Origin: a virus
Taxonomy: Duplodnaviria > Caudoviricetes
DNA length: 64,000 nucleotides
Direction: 5' to 3' (one strand)
IMG/VR virus record: IMGVR_UViG_3300042154_002208
Part shown: one piece after another, positions 38,601 through 47,932 of the stretch
How the letters are laid out: every line of letters begins with the position of its first letter
How positions within the stretch are numbered: the first letter of the stretch is position 1
Position numbers and translations under genes: made by a program
Notes under the pieces: model-generated
Told to the model about the DNA's origin: nothing
The model's database searches: none
Seen by the model: the letters and a program-made list of their open reading frames with translations, nothing else

Positions 38601-41236
38601 GCATAATAGACAACGTGGGTGTTCTATCTATATCAACTACCGGAAATTCCAACATAGAATTGGTTGCAAACGGCACAGGTAGGATCTTGCTAGATGGACA
38701 GTCATGGCCGCATACTGATGGAGAGACCGGGTATGTGTTACAGACAAATGGCACAGGCAATTTATTCTGGGCTGCTCCCACAGCATCTTCATCATTTAGT
38801 AACGCCAATGTAAGCTCATTCCTAACAACATACACCGGCAACATTAGTGCCGGCAATGTTATTGCTAATAGTTTCGTGTCGCCAACGGCAACATCTGCTA
38901 CATTGACATCTACAGGTAATTTGAATATTACTGCGGCTGGTACAATCAATTTAACCACGCCTAACGTATTGGTATCAGGCAATATTGTTGCAAATACATT
39001 TATATCCGCTGGTGCAGGCTCAGGAGAAATAGTATCCACAAGTAATTTATTATTAAGTGCAGCCGGTAATTTGAACTTAACTGCTCCAAATATTTTTGTT
39101 AATGGTAATCTGGTATTAACAGGTGGAATAACAGGGTTAACTCTAACGACCTCTAGTATTGCTGAAGGCTCAAACTTATATTACACCAATGCAAGAGTTC
39201 ACTCTAATGTTATTGGAATACTATCATCTTATGCATTAACCGCTAATTTAAATACTGCAAATGTAAATGAAAATGCCGCAAGTGGCAATTTGTACTATAC
39301 CAATGCCAGAGTAGTATCAAATGTTATCGCTTATCTTGCGGCAAATCCTGCAAGTGGTAGTTATGGTAACGCAAATGTTGGTGCATTCCTAACAACATAT
39401 ACTGGCAATATTAATGCAGGCAATGTTATTGCTAACACGGTCATTTCACCGTTTGCAACATCTGGAACATTAAATTCCACAGGTAATTTAAACATTGTTT
39501 CCGGTGACACAATTAATTTAACCGCAAATACTGTTCTTGCATCTGGCAATATTGTTGCCAACACATTCATTGCTACTGGAACCGGTTCCGCAGAACTTTC
39601 AACTTCAAGCAATTTATTATTAAGCGCGACCGGCAATTTGAACCTAGCTGGCGGTAATATCTTTGTCAATAGCCCTATAACATTCAGAGGAACGGTTACC
39701 GGTATTGCAAGTGCATCGGTTACACAGGCCAATTTAACTACTGCAAATGTAAATGAAATTGCTTCAAGCGGCAATTTATACTATACAAATGCAAGAGTTT
39801 ACTCTAATGTTATTAGCATTTTAGGTACTGCTGGATATGCACTAACCGCTAATTTAACAACGGCAAATGTAACAGAACTTGCTGCAACCGGTGGGTTGTA
39901 TTACACGAATGCAAGAGTATTATCAAATGTTACTGCGTACCTTGCAGCAAACCCACAAGGCGGTACATATGGTAATGCCAATGTTGCAGCATATCTATTA
40001 ACAAATCCTACAAGCGGAAGTTATAGTAATGCAAATGTGAGTGCATTCCTAACAACATACACTGGTAACATTAGTGCCGGTAATGTTATTGCAAATACAA
40101 TTCTTTCGCCTACTGCGACATCTGGAACATTAAATTCCACAGGTAATTTGAACATTATTGCTCAAAATAATACCATTAATTTAACAGCTTCAAATGTTCT
40201 AGCTTCCGGCAATGTTATTGCAAATACATTTATTGCAACTGGATCAGGTTCAGCAGAATTATCGACATCTAGTAACTTATTGTTGAGTGCCACAGGTAAT
40301 TTGAACTTAGCTGGTGGCAACATTTATGTCAATAGCCCAATAACATTCAGAGGAACTGTTACTGGTATATCAGCCGGCGGGTCAGTTACACAGGCTAATT
40401 TAACAACGGCCAATGTTGCAGAACTTGCTTCAAGTGGTAACTTATATTATACAAACGCAAGAGTTTACTCTAATGTTATTGGTTTATTAAGTACATATTT
40501 GTCCGCTGCTAGTTTAGCAACTTATACTGGCAACATTGGCGCCGGCAACGTAATCGCAAACGCATTCTATGCCAATGGTACAGGTGTAGCTGGCGGAACA
40601 ATTTTCTCCGCAGGTAATGTTAATATTACATCTGGTGGAAATATTATTCTGGCAACAGGTGCCAATTCATCTATTGTGGCATTGAGTTCTGGCACTACTG
40701 CAGGAATTATTAATGGATTTGGTAATTTAACAATATCAACATCCGGTAATATTTTCTTATCTCCAGAATCAGGCGGCAAAATTTATGCTTCGACTCCTGT
40801 AAGATTTGCAAATTATTCTAATGTAATTAGCGGTGTTTCAGGGCCGTTAACAGGTGATACTGCATATAATATATTATCTAATACTCTTTCATATTACAAT
40901 AGTACAGGATGGAATAAAGTAGGTTATCTAAATGTTCCGCAATCTGGCGCAGATAAAACTAGTGCATATACATTGGTAGCATCTGATGTTGGTAAGTTTA
41001 TTAGTATTGGCACAAGCGGAAGCATTGTTATTCCAGACGCAGTATTTGCTGCAGGGGATGCGATATCAATCTTTAATAACACAGGTACTGCAGCTACATT
41101 AACTTGTTCTATCACTACTGCGTATATAAGCGGCACAGATACAGACAAAGCAACTGTAACATTGGCAACCAGAGGAGTTGCAAGTATATTGTTTATTAGC
41201 GGAACAGTTTGTGTTATAACTGGTAGCGTATCATGA
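35606..41236 (+). CDS. long fibre-like structural protein (1876 aa)
   Basis: NLYYTNARV, YLAANP, TGNLNITAAG repeats; duplicated LDGQxWPHTDG blocks; C-terminal YTLVASDVGK domain. Confidence 0.8.
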   Translation: MARKIDVSLISGNGGSNGQLLGANTGNVSFQSIFTGNVIESGNTSSGNVYFSNARAIGALVAGDNISIAANGLISANLSAVSVSSVTGNLNVSGNVIANGFVSTSASAGLISSSGNITMTAAGAVNINSTNVIASGNVIANTFISTGPGSGLLSSTGNVSISATGVVTLTGSSIVVNGPLTANSYSGIFTANVTESASNLYFTNARVFANVVSLLAAKANVVDLTTANVAELNNLYYTNARVASNVIALMPSLQGNNIIIAANGQISANLTGVSVNVNNITGNLNVTGNVIANGFISASASAGLITSTGNITMTAAGAVNINSTNVIASGNLIANTFISVGTGSATLSSTGNVGITGAGNITLNSGNVIASGNVIATKFFGDGSSLTGVGASSFSGNTNGITEGTNNLFYTNARVNAQVESNLALKANVVDLTTANISELNNLYYTNARVVSNVIAYLAANPAISTYGNANVGAFLTTYTGNITAGNVIANTIISPTAIAATITSTGNLNITALGAINLTSPNVIASGNIVANNIITGSGSGGSFTGANLISAGNISATTWLNLYTANVIESDNSIFYTNARVLSNITAYLAANPVSGSFSNANVASFLSTYTGNLAAGNLILTGGIIDNVGVLTIATTSNSNIELSAAGNGRILLDGQAWPHTDGINGYVLQTNGTGNLFWGAPASSFANANVGAFLATYTGNISAGNVIANTILSPTAIAATITSTGNLNITAAGAINLTTTNVLVSGNIVANTFIATGSGSAELTSTSNILLSAAGNLNLTSSNVFVNGNLVLQGALSGLTLTTSSIAEGSNLYYTNARVVSNVIAYLAANPATVSFGNANVSSFLTTYTGNLSAGNVIANSFVSPTATSATLTSTGNLNITAAGTINLTTPNVLVSGNVVANNFISTGAGSGEVASTSNLLLSAAGNLNLTSSNVFVNGNLVLRGGITGLTLTTSSIAEGSNLYYTNARVLSNIEAALPTYTGNIAAGNLILTGGIIDNVGVLSISTTGNSNIELVANGTGRILLDGQSWPHTDGETGYVLQTNGTGNLFWAAPTASSSFSNANVSSFLTTYTGNISAGNVIANSFVSPTATSATLTSTGNLNITAAGTINLTTPNVLVSGNIVANTFISAGAGSGEIVSTSNLLLSAAGNLNLTAPNIFVNGNLVLTGGITGLTLTTSSIAEGSNLYYTNARVHSNVIGILSSYALTANLNTANVNENAASGNLYYTNARVVSNVIAYLAANPASGSYGNANVGAFLTTYTGNINAGNVIANTVISPFATSGTLNSTGNLNIVSGDTINLTANTVLASGNIVANTFIATGTGSAELSTSSNLLLSATGNLNLAGGNIFVNSPITFRGTVTGIASASVTQANLTTANVNEIASSGNLYYTNARVYSNVISILGTAGYALTANLTTANVTELAATGGLYYTNARVLSNVTAYLAANPQGGTYGNANVAAYLLTNPTSGSYSNANVSAFLTTYTGNISAGNVIANTILSPTATSGTLNSTGNLNIIAQNNTINLTASNVLASGNVIANTFIATGSGSAELSTSSNLLLSATGNLNLAGGNIYVNSPITFRGTVTGISAGGSVTQANLTTANVAELASSGNLYYTNARVYSNVIGLLSTYLSAASLATYTGNIGAGNVIANAFYANGTGVAGGTIFSAGNVNITSGGNIILATGANSSIVALSSGTTAGIINGFGNLTISTSGNIFLSPESGGKIYASTPVRFANYSNVISGVSGPLTGDTAYNILSNTLSYYNSTGWNKVGYLNVPQSGADKTSAYTLVASDVGKFISIGTSGSIVIPDAVFAAGDAISIFNNTGTAATLTCSITTAYISGTDTDKATVTLATRGVASILFISGTVCVITGSVS

Positions 41237-42354
41237 GTGGTATAATGAACATGGTAGTGGGCTCTTCATTTGGCCCACCAATTCCAGTATATGCTTTGTA
41301 TGGAACTGGTCGAAACACTGATGGTCAGCTTGGTTTCGGCAATACTTCATCTCCGTATGTAAATTTTACGCAAAGTGGTTCGAGTACTGATTGGTCGGAA
41401 ATCGAGGCCACCTTTTATAGTGCAAATGCAATTAAAACCGATGGTACCATGTGGGCATGGGGATATAATGGTTATTATCAATTAGGCTTAGGCGATAGTA
41501 CAAACAGATCTAGCCCTGTTCAAATTGGATCTAGTACAAATTGGGCAAAAATTAAAGGTGGGGGAGAATTTAGACTTGCCCTCACAACCAACGGTTCTCT
41601 GTGGTCTTGGGGAAAAAATTCATATGGACAGGGCGGCAGGGGAATTACCTATATTGAGGCCGTCCCAGGTCAAGTTGGAGCGTTAACTAATTGGTCAAAA
41701 ATAGCAACCGGCGCATTCACTTCAACATCAATTAAAACAGATGGCACATTGTGGGCATGGGGAAGAAATGCATACGGTGAAATAGGTAATGGTAATACTT
41801 CAAATTATTCTAGCCCAATACAAATAGGTACATTAAATAATTGGTCCAATGTTACTGCCGGATTTTCATTTGTTGCATCGATTAAAACTGATGGTACACT
41901 TTGGGTATGGGGCAGAAATTACAAAGGGGGATTGGGGTTAGGTGATACTACAAATAGATCTAGTCCAGTACAGGTTGGCGCAGGAAACAATTGGTATTCA
42001 ATTGGTGCAGCCAGAGACTCAACCTATGGAATTAAAACCGATGGTACATTATGGGCGTGGGGTCAAAATTATGCGGGCGCACTGGGGCTCGGGGATACTA
42101 CAAATAGATCTAGTCCAGTACAGGTTGGCGCATTAACTAATTGGTCAAAAATTGATGGCAGTACTGGGGGATATCATGTTGCAGCTATTAAAACTGATGG
42201 CACCCTGTGGACATGGGGATACAATCTTTATGGACAATTAGGCCTAGGGTCGTCGGGCAATTATGCTAAAAGATCCAGTCCTGTGCAAGTTGGCTCTTTG
42301 ACCAATTGGTTAGCTGTTAGTGCAGGATATAATCATACCTTGGCATTAGGATAA
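41233..42354 (+). CDS. RCC1/BLIP-II-like propeller, copy 3
   Basis: 7 blades; ATGA overlap with the fibre stop; different N-terminus MSGIMNMVVG. Confidence 0.9.
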   Translation: MSGIMNMVVGSSFGPPIPVYALYGTGRNTDGQLGFGNTSSPYVNFTQSGSSTDWSEIEATFYSANAIKTDGTMWAWGYNGYYQLGLGDSTNRSSPVQIGSSTNWAKIKGGGEFRLALTTNGSLWSWGKNSYGQGGRGITYIEAVPGQVGALTNWSKIATGAFTSTSIKTDGTLWAWGRNAYGEIGNGNTSNYSSPIQIGTLNNWSNVTAGFSFVASIKTDGTLWVWGRNYKGGLGLGDTTNRSSPVQVGAGNNWYSIGAARDSTYGIKTDGTLWAWGQNYAGALGLGDTTNRSSPVQVGALTNWSKIDGSTGGYHVAAIKTDGTLWTWGYNLYGQLGLGSSGNYAKRSSPVQVGSLTNWLAVSAGYNHTLALG

Positions 42355-42371
42355 TATACATTTTTAAGGTA

Positions 42372-42400
42372 TTGTACTGAGGTGATAAATAATATATAAT
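42372..42400 (+). promoter_or_regulatory. sigma70-like promoter overlapping a late-like box
   Basis: TTGTAC-17nt-TATAAT with GATAAATA (42384-42391) inside the spacer. Confidence 0.6.
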
Positions 42401-42425
42401 TAAATTATAATGGGAAGATGTTAGT

Positions 42426-42917
42426 ATGGCATTAATTAAAACGATGACGGTTGATGAATTTTATAATAACGAAAGTGCAACCAATTTATACAATGTAGTT
42501 AGAGGTTTACCATTTCAACCAACTGAGTTTGGTAAAGAAATATTAAATTTCAATCACATTCCTGCAGACGCAGATAACCTATTCTCAGCTGTACTCGGTA
42601 AAGATGTTACAGTAGATAGAGAAAAATCAGGTGTTTTTAGATTTCCTGAACTACTTATACACTTTGAAGGATTTGATTCTTTAAAGGAATGGTTATTTGT
42701 AGTTGCAATAGATCAATCTACATTTAACATCTTTGAACACAAATCCGGCGCATTAACTGCATTAGACGGATACCAACACAATTATAGAAATTTATTCGAA
42801 TGGGATCTGATGGTTAACTATCAGTTAAAACCCGGGCAAGCTGTATTTTTCAGACCTTGGTTATTTCATTCATTTGATAGTGGCATTGTGCAAATTTTTA
42901 GATTAATAGAAAAGTAA
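42426..42917 (+). CDS. 2OG-Fe(II) oxygenase-like protein (DUF6445-type)
   Basis: VDEFY, IHFE, GQAVFFRPWLFHS; paralogous to 46832. Confidence 0.6.
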   Translation: MALIKTMTVDEFYNNESATNLYNVVRGLPFQPTEFGKEILNFNHIPADADNLFSAVLGKDVTVDREKSGVFRFPELLIHFEGFDSLKEWLFVVAIDQSTFNIFEHKSGALTALDGYQHNYRNLFEWDLMVNYQLKPGQAVFFRPWLFHSFDSGIVQIFRLIEK

Positions 42918-42929
42918 ATTGGAAATATT

Positions 42930-43475
42930 ATGAAATTAAATATTGGAGCAGGTGATAAACATTATGATGGATTTTTAAATTGTGATTACGACGATAATTG
43001 TAATCCCGATTATAAATTTGATCTTGAAAACGACACATGGCCGTTTGAAGATAACTCCGTAGAAGAAGTAATTGCACATCATGTGTTAGAACACATGGGC
43101 GAGGGGTATTTTCACGCAATCAAAGAACTATACCGTGTTTGTAAGCATGATGCCATAATTGATATTGTAGTACCACATCATAGACATGAATATTTTGCAA
43201 ATGATCCAACACATCGTAGACCAATTACTGCCGAAGGATTGGGACTCTTTAGTAAAAAATACAATGATCTATGCAAACAACGAGGAGAATCTGCTTCTAG
43301 ATTGGCGCATCATTTCAATGTAGACTTTGATCTTTACACGGTAGAAAATATTCCCGATCAAAGATATTATAAAATATTCAATGGCAGACCCGAAGAAGAA
43401 GTTGAAAGATACGTACAAGAACATAATAACATTATCATGGAAGTCCACATTAAATTGAAGGTAATTAAAGAATGA
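42930..43475 (+). CDS. class I SAM-dependent methyltransferase
   Basis: KLNIGAG, DLE...WPFEDNSVEEV.A.HVLEH, ELYRVCK, DPTH. Confidence 0.85.
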   Translation: MKLNIGAGDKHYDGFLNCDYDDNCNPDYKFDLENDTWPFEDNSVEEVIAHHVLEHMGEGYFHAIKELYRVCKHDAIIDIVVPHHRHEYFANDPTHRRPITAEGLGLFSKKYNDLCKQRGESASRLAHHFNVDFDLYTVENIPDQRYYKIFNGRPEEEVERYVQEHNNIIMEVHIKLKVIKE

Positions 43476-44248
43476 ATAAATTGAATCTATTAGTAGTATT
43501 GCAGACACATTCCGTAAAAAGCAGAGATACTACAAAACAAAGATACTGCGGTGCAAGCAAAGCTGAAATAATGCGCAGATGTGTTACAAGTCTTGTTGAC
43601 TCAATTAACTATGCATCCGATCTATTACCACACGTTGATATTTCTTTGCAGGTATTTGACGATCATTCGGATGATGAATCATTCAATAAACTAACAAGTA
43701 TTGCATCTAAATGCAATGTACCTTATAACATTACGCAATTGGAAACAAGAGGCATTATGCCTTCTATTCTTAGATGCTATGAACACGGCAAACAATTTGG
43801 CAAAGACCTAGTATATTTTGTCCAAGATGATTACCTATATGAAATAAACGCCATTAGAGATATGGTCAACACCTGGGTAGATGCCAGCACCAGATTAAAT
43901 AAACCTGTTAGTATTTTCCCATTCAATGATCCCTATCATTACATTCCAGTAAATACACAAATTCCCTCATACGTAGTACAATCTTCAGGTAGACATTGGA
44001 GAACAAACATTTTGACTTCAAGTTGTTTTATGACGCACATTAGCATTATAAAAGACGAATGGGATTTGTTTTATAAAATGGGAACAAGTAAAGTATCCCC
44101 AACAATGGAAGATGATTCAATCAATCAGTTGTTTAAAACACGCGGATATTTTTTGCTTATACCGATTCCAAGTCTTGCACTACATATGCAATTCGATACC
44201 GAAAAGGATCCATTTATAAATTGGAGAGAATGGTGGGATAAGTATTGA
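43472..44248 (+). CDS. GT-A fold glycosyltransferase (GT2-like)
   Basis: VFDDHSDD, YFVQDDYL DxD-like motif, late H (LALHMQ). Confidence 0.7.
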   Translation: MNKLNLLVVLQTHSVKSRDTTKQRYCGASKAEIMRRCVTSLVDSINYASDLLPHVDISLQVFDDHSDDESFNKLTSIASKCNVPYNITQLETRGIMPSILRCYEHGKQFGKDLVYFVQDDYLYEINAIRDMVNTWVDASTRLNKPVSIFPFNDPYHYIPVNTQIPSYVVQSSGRHWRTNILTSSCFMTHISIIKDEWDLFYKMGTSKVSPTMEDDSINQLFKTRGYFLLIPIPSLALHMQFDTEKDPFINWREWWDKY

Positions 44249-44273
44249 CAAAATATCTTAAATCCGATAAAAT
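44245..44273 (+). promoter_or_regulatory. sigma70-type promoter
   Basis: TTGACA (44245-50), 17 nt, TAAAAT (44268-73). Confidence 0.7.
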
Positions 44274-44305
44274 ATTAATATATACCACAATAATTAGGTG
44301 ATTTT

Positions 44306-46063
44306 ATGAATAAACAACTACATTTTCTTGCAGGCATTCCCCGTTCTGGTTCTACAGTTCTCGCGGCCATTTTAAATCAAAATCCAATGACCCATGTTAG
44401 TACAACATCCGGGTTGGTTCATGCCTTAGATGGCTTGGCAAATACTTGGCATAGTGCTGGGTTATTAAATGAAAACGATGCGGATCGTTCTAAGCTGGCG
44501 GCAACAATGCGAGGGACTATTGATGCGTTCTACTCTGATGTAGACAAGCCCGTTGTTATAGATAAATCTCGCGGATGGCCTATTCCACAAATTATGGCAG
44601 CCATGTCTGCGGTTCTCGAAAGAAGACCTAAAGTTATTGCAACGGTTCGTTCCGTGCCTGATTGTGCTGCATCTTTTGTTCGTGTGGCAAAACCCACAGA
44701 CTTAGATCAACTTATCTATTCAGGTCAGTTAATGGATCACCTCAAAGCTGCTTATATTTCATTGCAAGAGGGTTATAAATTTGCCCCAGAAAATTTCCTG
44801 TTTGTTGAGTATGAAGATTTAGTTAAAGATCCCAAGAAAGAATTAAAACGTATTCATGCGTTCTTGGGCCTACCAGATTTTGATTATGACTTTGGTAACA
44901 TCGATGGTTCTACAGTATCAGAAGATGATGAGAACATTCACGGTTATGCAGGTATGCATGATATTAAGCCCGTGTTACAGCGTCAGCATAATCAAGACCC
45001 AAGAGAATTATTAAAGCATCATTATCCCTCATTCTGTCAGGGTGAGTTCTGGTTAAAGACTCCTAGAACAGTACAAGAAAAACACGATCTTGATTTTCAG
45101 CTTGAAGCAAGTACCCGTGGAGATTTTGAAGAAGGTTGGAGACTATCTCAAAAGATAGAATTAGCAGAACCATTTAACCACAGAGCAGCTTACAACAGAG
45201 GTTGGTATTACTTGAGTCAAGGCCACATCCAAAAGGGATATAGCCTAATGGATCGTGGTCGCATTGTAGGTGTGTTTGGAAACAGTAGACCAGATACCCC
45301 TATGCCTATGTGGGATGGAAAAACAAAAGGTATCGTAATGTTATACCTTGAAGGCGGACTGGGAGATCAAATACACCAAGTTCGTTATGCAAAAGTTATT
45401 GCAGATCGAGGATGTAAAGTCATGGTATGTTGTACCGGTATGCTGGCATCTTTGTTTATAGATGTTGAAGGTGTATCTGCAGTAGTACAGCACGAATCAA
45501 TTTACGGTGTGTATCATGATTTCTGGGTAGCAGGTATGTCTGCAGCAGTTCCATTGGGATTAGAACTTGAGGACTTATCGGGTGCACCTTATCTCAGAAA
45601 ACCATTCTCAATCAAAGGCAAAAAGATGCGTATCGGTTTGAGATGGCAAGGCAACCCACAATTCGAGCATGAGCATCATAAGAAGTTTCCTTCTGAGTTA
45701 ATGTTTGAAGCATTACGTGGTATTAATGCAGAGTTTATTAGCTTGCAAAGAGATGAGGGCGAAGATGAATGTCCATTCTGGGTTAGAAAAGTTCCATTAA
45801 ATACATGGGAAGATACTCGCAAAGCAGTTGCAGAATGTGATCTGGTGATTAGTTCATGCACATCTGTCAGCCACCTTGCTGGTGCTATGGGTGTAGATAC
45901 ATGGGTCGTTACTCCAATTATGCCATACTTCCTATATGCTCTTCCTGGAGACAAGACACCATACTATGATTGTTTCACCATGATGCGTCAGGAAAAATAT
46001 GGAGATTGGGAAGCACCGTTTGTGAAAATTAGAGAAAAACTTTTGGGAATGAATATACAATGA
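44306..46063 (+). CDS. sulfotransferase + TPR + GT9-like (GT-B) glycosyltransferase fusion
   Basis: GIPRSGSTVL (PAPS 5'-PSB), IDKSRGW, VEYEDLV; TPR-like AAYNRGWYYL; EGGLGDQI...DLVISSCTSVSHLAGAMG. Confidence 0.85.
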   Translation: MNKQLHFLAGIPRSGSTVLAAILNQNPMTHVSTTSGLVHALDGLANTWHSAGLLNENDADRSKLAATMRGTIDAFYSDVDKPVVIDKSRGWPIPQIMAAMSAVLERRPKVIATVRSVPDCAASFVRVAKPTDLDQLIYSGQLMDHLKAAYISLQEGYKFAPENFLFVEYEDLVKDPKKELKRIHAFLGLPDFDYDFGNIDGSTVSEDDENIHGYAGMHDIKPVLQRQHNQDPRELLKHHYPSFCQGEFWLKTPRTVQEKHDLDFQLEASTRGDFEEGWRLSQKIELAEPFNHRAAYNRGWYYLSQGHIQKGYSLMDRGRIVGVFGNSRPDTPMPMWDGKTKGIVMLYLEGGLGDQIHQVRYAKVIADRGCKVMVCCTGMLASLFIDVEGVSAVVQHESIYGVYHDFWVAGMSAAVPLGLELEDLSGAPYLRKPFSIKGKKMRIGLRWQGNPQFEHEHHKKFPSELMFEALRGINAEFISLQRDEGEDECPFWVRKVPLNTWEDTRKAVAECDLVISSCTSVSHLAGAMGVDTWVVTPIMPYFLYALPGDKTPYYDCFTMMRQEKYGDWEAPFVKIREKLLGMNIQ

Positions 46064-46842
46064 TATACTTTTTAAGCGGCCTGCCAAGATCAGGCTCAAC
46101 ATTGCTTGGATCAATTTTAAATCAAAATACAGAGGTATATGTTTCTCCCACAAGTCCCTTGTTAGATTTGTTATGCCTGCAAAATGAGGCATTGAACAGA
46201 GTTACTCAGCAATATACCTTTGATGTTGAAAATCAATCCGCATCCATATACACTGCGTTACCCAAAGCATATTATGAGAGCATAAAGAAACCACACATCA
46301 TTGACAAGCACCGAGCATGGGCACGCAATGTTATGCCTGCAAAGCTACACATTTCTGAAAACCCCCGGGTCATTTGTACCAATAGACCGGTTGCAGAAGT
46401 TGTCACAAGTTTTATCAAGTTACTGAATAAAGATCCAAACAATTTTATTGATGCAGCATTAAAACAAAAACGCAAGCCGATAAATACAAACACACGAGCA
46501 ATGGAACTATGGGAATCTTATATCAGAGATCCATGGGAAAGTTTACAGATTGGCTTGAAGAATTACAAAGACAATCTATATTTTGTACAGTATGATGATC
46601 TGGTACAAACTCCTCAAAGCACAATAAATAACATATATGATTTCTTGGAAATAAATAGATATGACCACAAGTTCGATAGTATCACAAATACTTGCGGTGA
46701 AGCCAAAGATACTGCATGGGGATTGAAAGATCTGCATACAATCAGAGGTAAATTAGAAAAGACCAGTGATTCTGCACAAGAAGTACTTGGCGAGAGTTTA
46801 TGTAAATATTTTTCACAATTTGATATTAAAAATGGAATTTGA
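46060..46842 (+). CDS. sulfotransferase family protein
   Basis: SGLPRSGSTLL, IDKHRAW, VQYDDLV; paralog of the N-terminal domain of 44306. Confidence 0.85.
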   Translation: MIYFLSGLPRSGSTLLGSILNQNTEVYVSPTSPLLDLLCLQNEALNRVTQQYTFDVENQSASIYTALPKAYYESIKKPHIIDKHRAWARNVMPAKLHISENPRVICTNRPVAEVVTSFIKLLNKDPNNFIDAALKQKRKPINTNTRAMELWESYIRDPWESLQIGLKNYKDNLYFVQYDDLVQTPQSTINNIYDFLEINRYDHKFDSITNTCGEAKDTAWGLKDLHTIRGKLEKTSDSAQEVLGESLCKYFSQFDIKNGI

Positions 46843-47458
46843 TAAAAAAGTAATAGTTATAGATGATTTTTATCCCGATCCTTATATGATGCGGGATATG
46901 GCATTGAATGCGGAATACGAACCTGAAGGCCTGACACCTAACTATCCAGGGCTAAACACCACGAGATCGTATTGGGATACAACCATTACAAAAATGTTCT
47001 GTAAGGCCACGGGAGAAGATGTAAAACCTGCAAAACCCTCGGCCAATGGATTTTTTAGACATACTCGAGCAAAAGACATTGCAAAACAAATTGTGCATTT
47101 TGATCCAACACCGGGACAAACATGGGCAGGAGTAGTTTATTTAAGTCTACCCGAGCATTATGAAGGTAGAGATGCCGGAACAAAAATTGTTTCTCATAAA
47201 CGAACCGGCATGACCATTGCCCCCAAAGATTACACCGAAAGTGACGCAATTGGAGTAAAAACATTCGAAGATATGCGAAATTTCTTTGAAACTGAGGGTA
47301 TAAATACTAATTTATGGAAAACCGAATTGAATGTAGACATTAAGTTTAATCGGGCCGTGCTGTTCAGGCCCTGGTTATGGCACCATATGGGCCAACATTT
47401 TGGAACAGACGTTAACAACAGTAGATTGACACACCTTATATTCCTACAACCGGCTTAA
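46832..47458 (+). CDS. 2OG-Fe(II) oxygenase-like protein (DUF6445-type)
   Basis: IVIDDFY.DP, VHFD...WAGVVYL, FNRAVLFRPWLWHH, RLTH; start at ATG 46832. Confidence 0.75.
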   Translation: MEFDKKVIVIDDFYPDPYMMRDMALNAEYEPEGLTPNYPGLNTTRSYWDTTITKMFCKATGEDVKPAKPSANGFFRHTRAKDIAKQIVHFDPTPGQTWAGVVYLSLPEHYEGRDAGTKIVSHKRTGMTIAPKDYTESDAIGVKTFEDMRNFFETEGINTNLWKTELNVDIKFNRAVLFRPWLWHHMGQHFGTDVNNSRLTHLIFLQPA

Positions 47459-47483
47459 ACCGAAAATTTGGAATATCTTATAT

Positions 47484-47491
47484 TATAAATA
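47484..47491 (+). promoter_or_regulatory. T4-type late promoter heading the 9-gene propeller array
   Basis: TATAAATA, then AGGAG SD and ATG 47526. Confidence 0.8.
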
Positions 47492-47525
47492 TAACAGACA
47501 CCCATTTAACATTAGGAGATTAAAA

Positions 47526-47912
47526 ATGGCATTATTTGTACAAGTATTAGACGGCGAAGTTAAACAAGTTTGGGACTCTGCACCACCCGAAGGCCAAGAA
47601 GGCTGGAGAAATGCAGTAGAAGTTCGTGCTGAACTAGTTGCACATCGTCAACAGTTTGCGGCTCACCGCTATGATCTAAATGTAGATCCAGTTCAAATCA
47701 TCTGGGACGCAGTAGATATCACAGTTGAAGATCGTAAAAACAGCATGATTTCTAATGCTAATTTTGCGGTTGCTCGCATGAATATGCAAAATCAGATGAC
47801 ACCCGGAACTCATACCGCAGAAGCAATTGCCGCAGCACAAGCTACAGCAGACGCTAAAGTTGCAGCAGTTAATGCCGCAACAACACACGACGAATTAGAC
47901 GCGTTAGTTTAA
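47526..47912 (+). CDS. hypothetical protein, possible fibre assembly chaperone
   Basis: 128 aa; helical Ala-rich C-terminus ending ATTHDELDAL, as in tail chaperones. Confidence 0.55.
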   Translation: MALFVQVLDGEVKQVWDSAPPEGQEGWRNAVEVRAELVAHRQQFAAHRYDLNVDPVQIIWDAVDITVEDRKNSMISNANFAVARMNMQNQMTPGTHTAEAIAAAQATADAKVAAVNAATTHDELDALV

Positions 47913-47932
47913 TCTAAAAGAAGAGGTGTAAT

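Noticed and set aside
14862-41148. Numerous minus-strand ORFs of 60-195 aa (e.g. 14862-15317, 21597-21971, 28495-29082, 38509-39039)
   Set aside because: Antisense shadows of repetitive, stop-poor plus-strand genes; no SD or motifs
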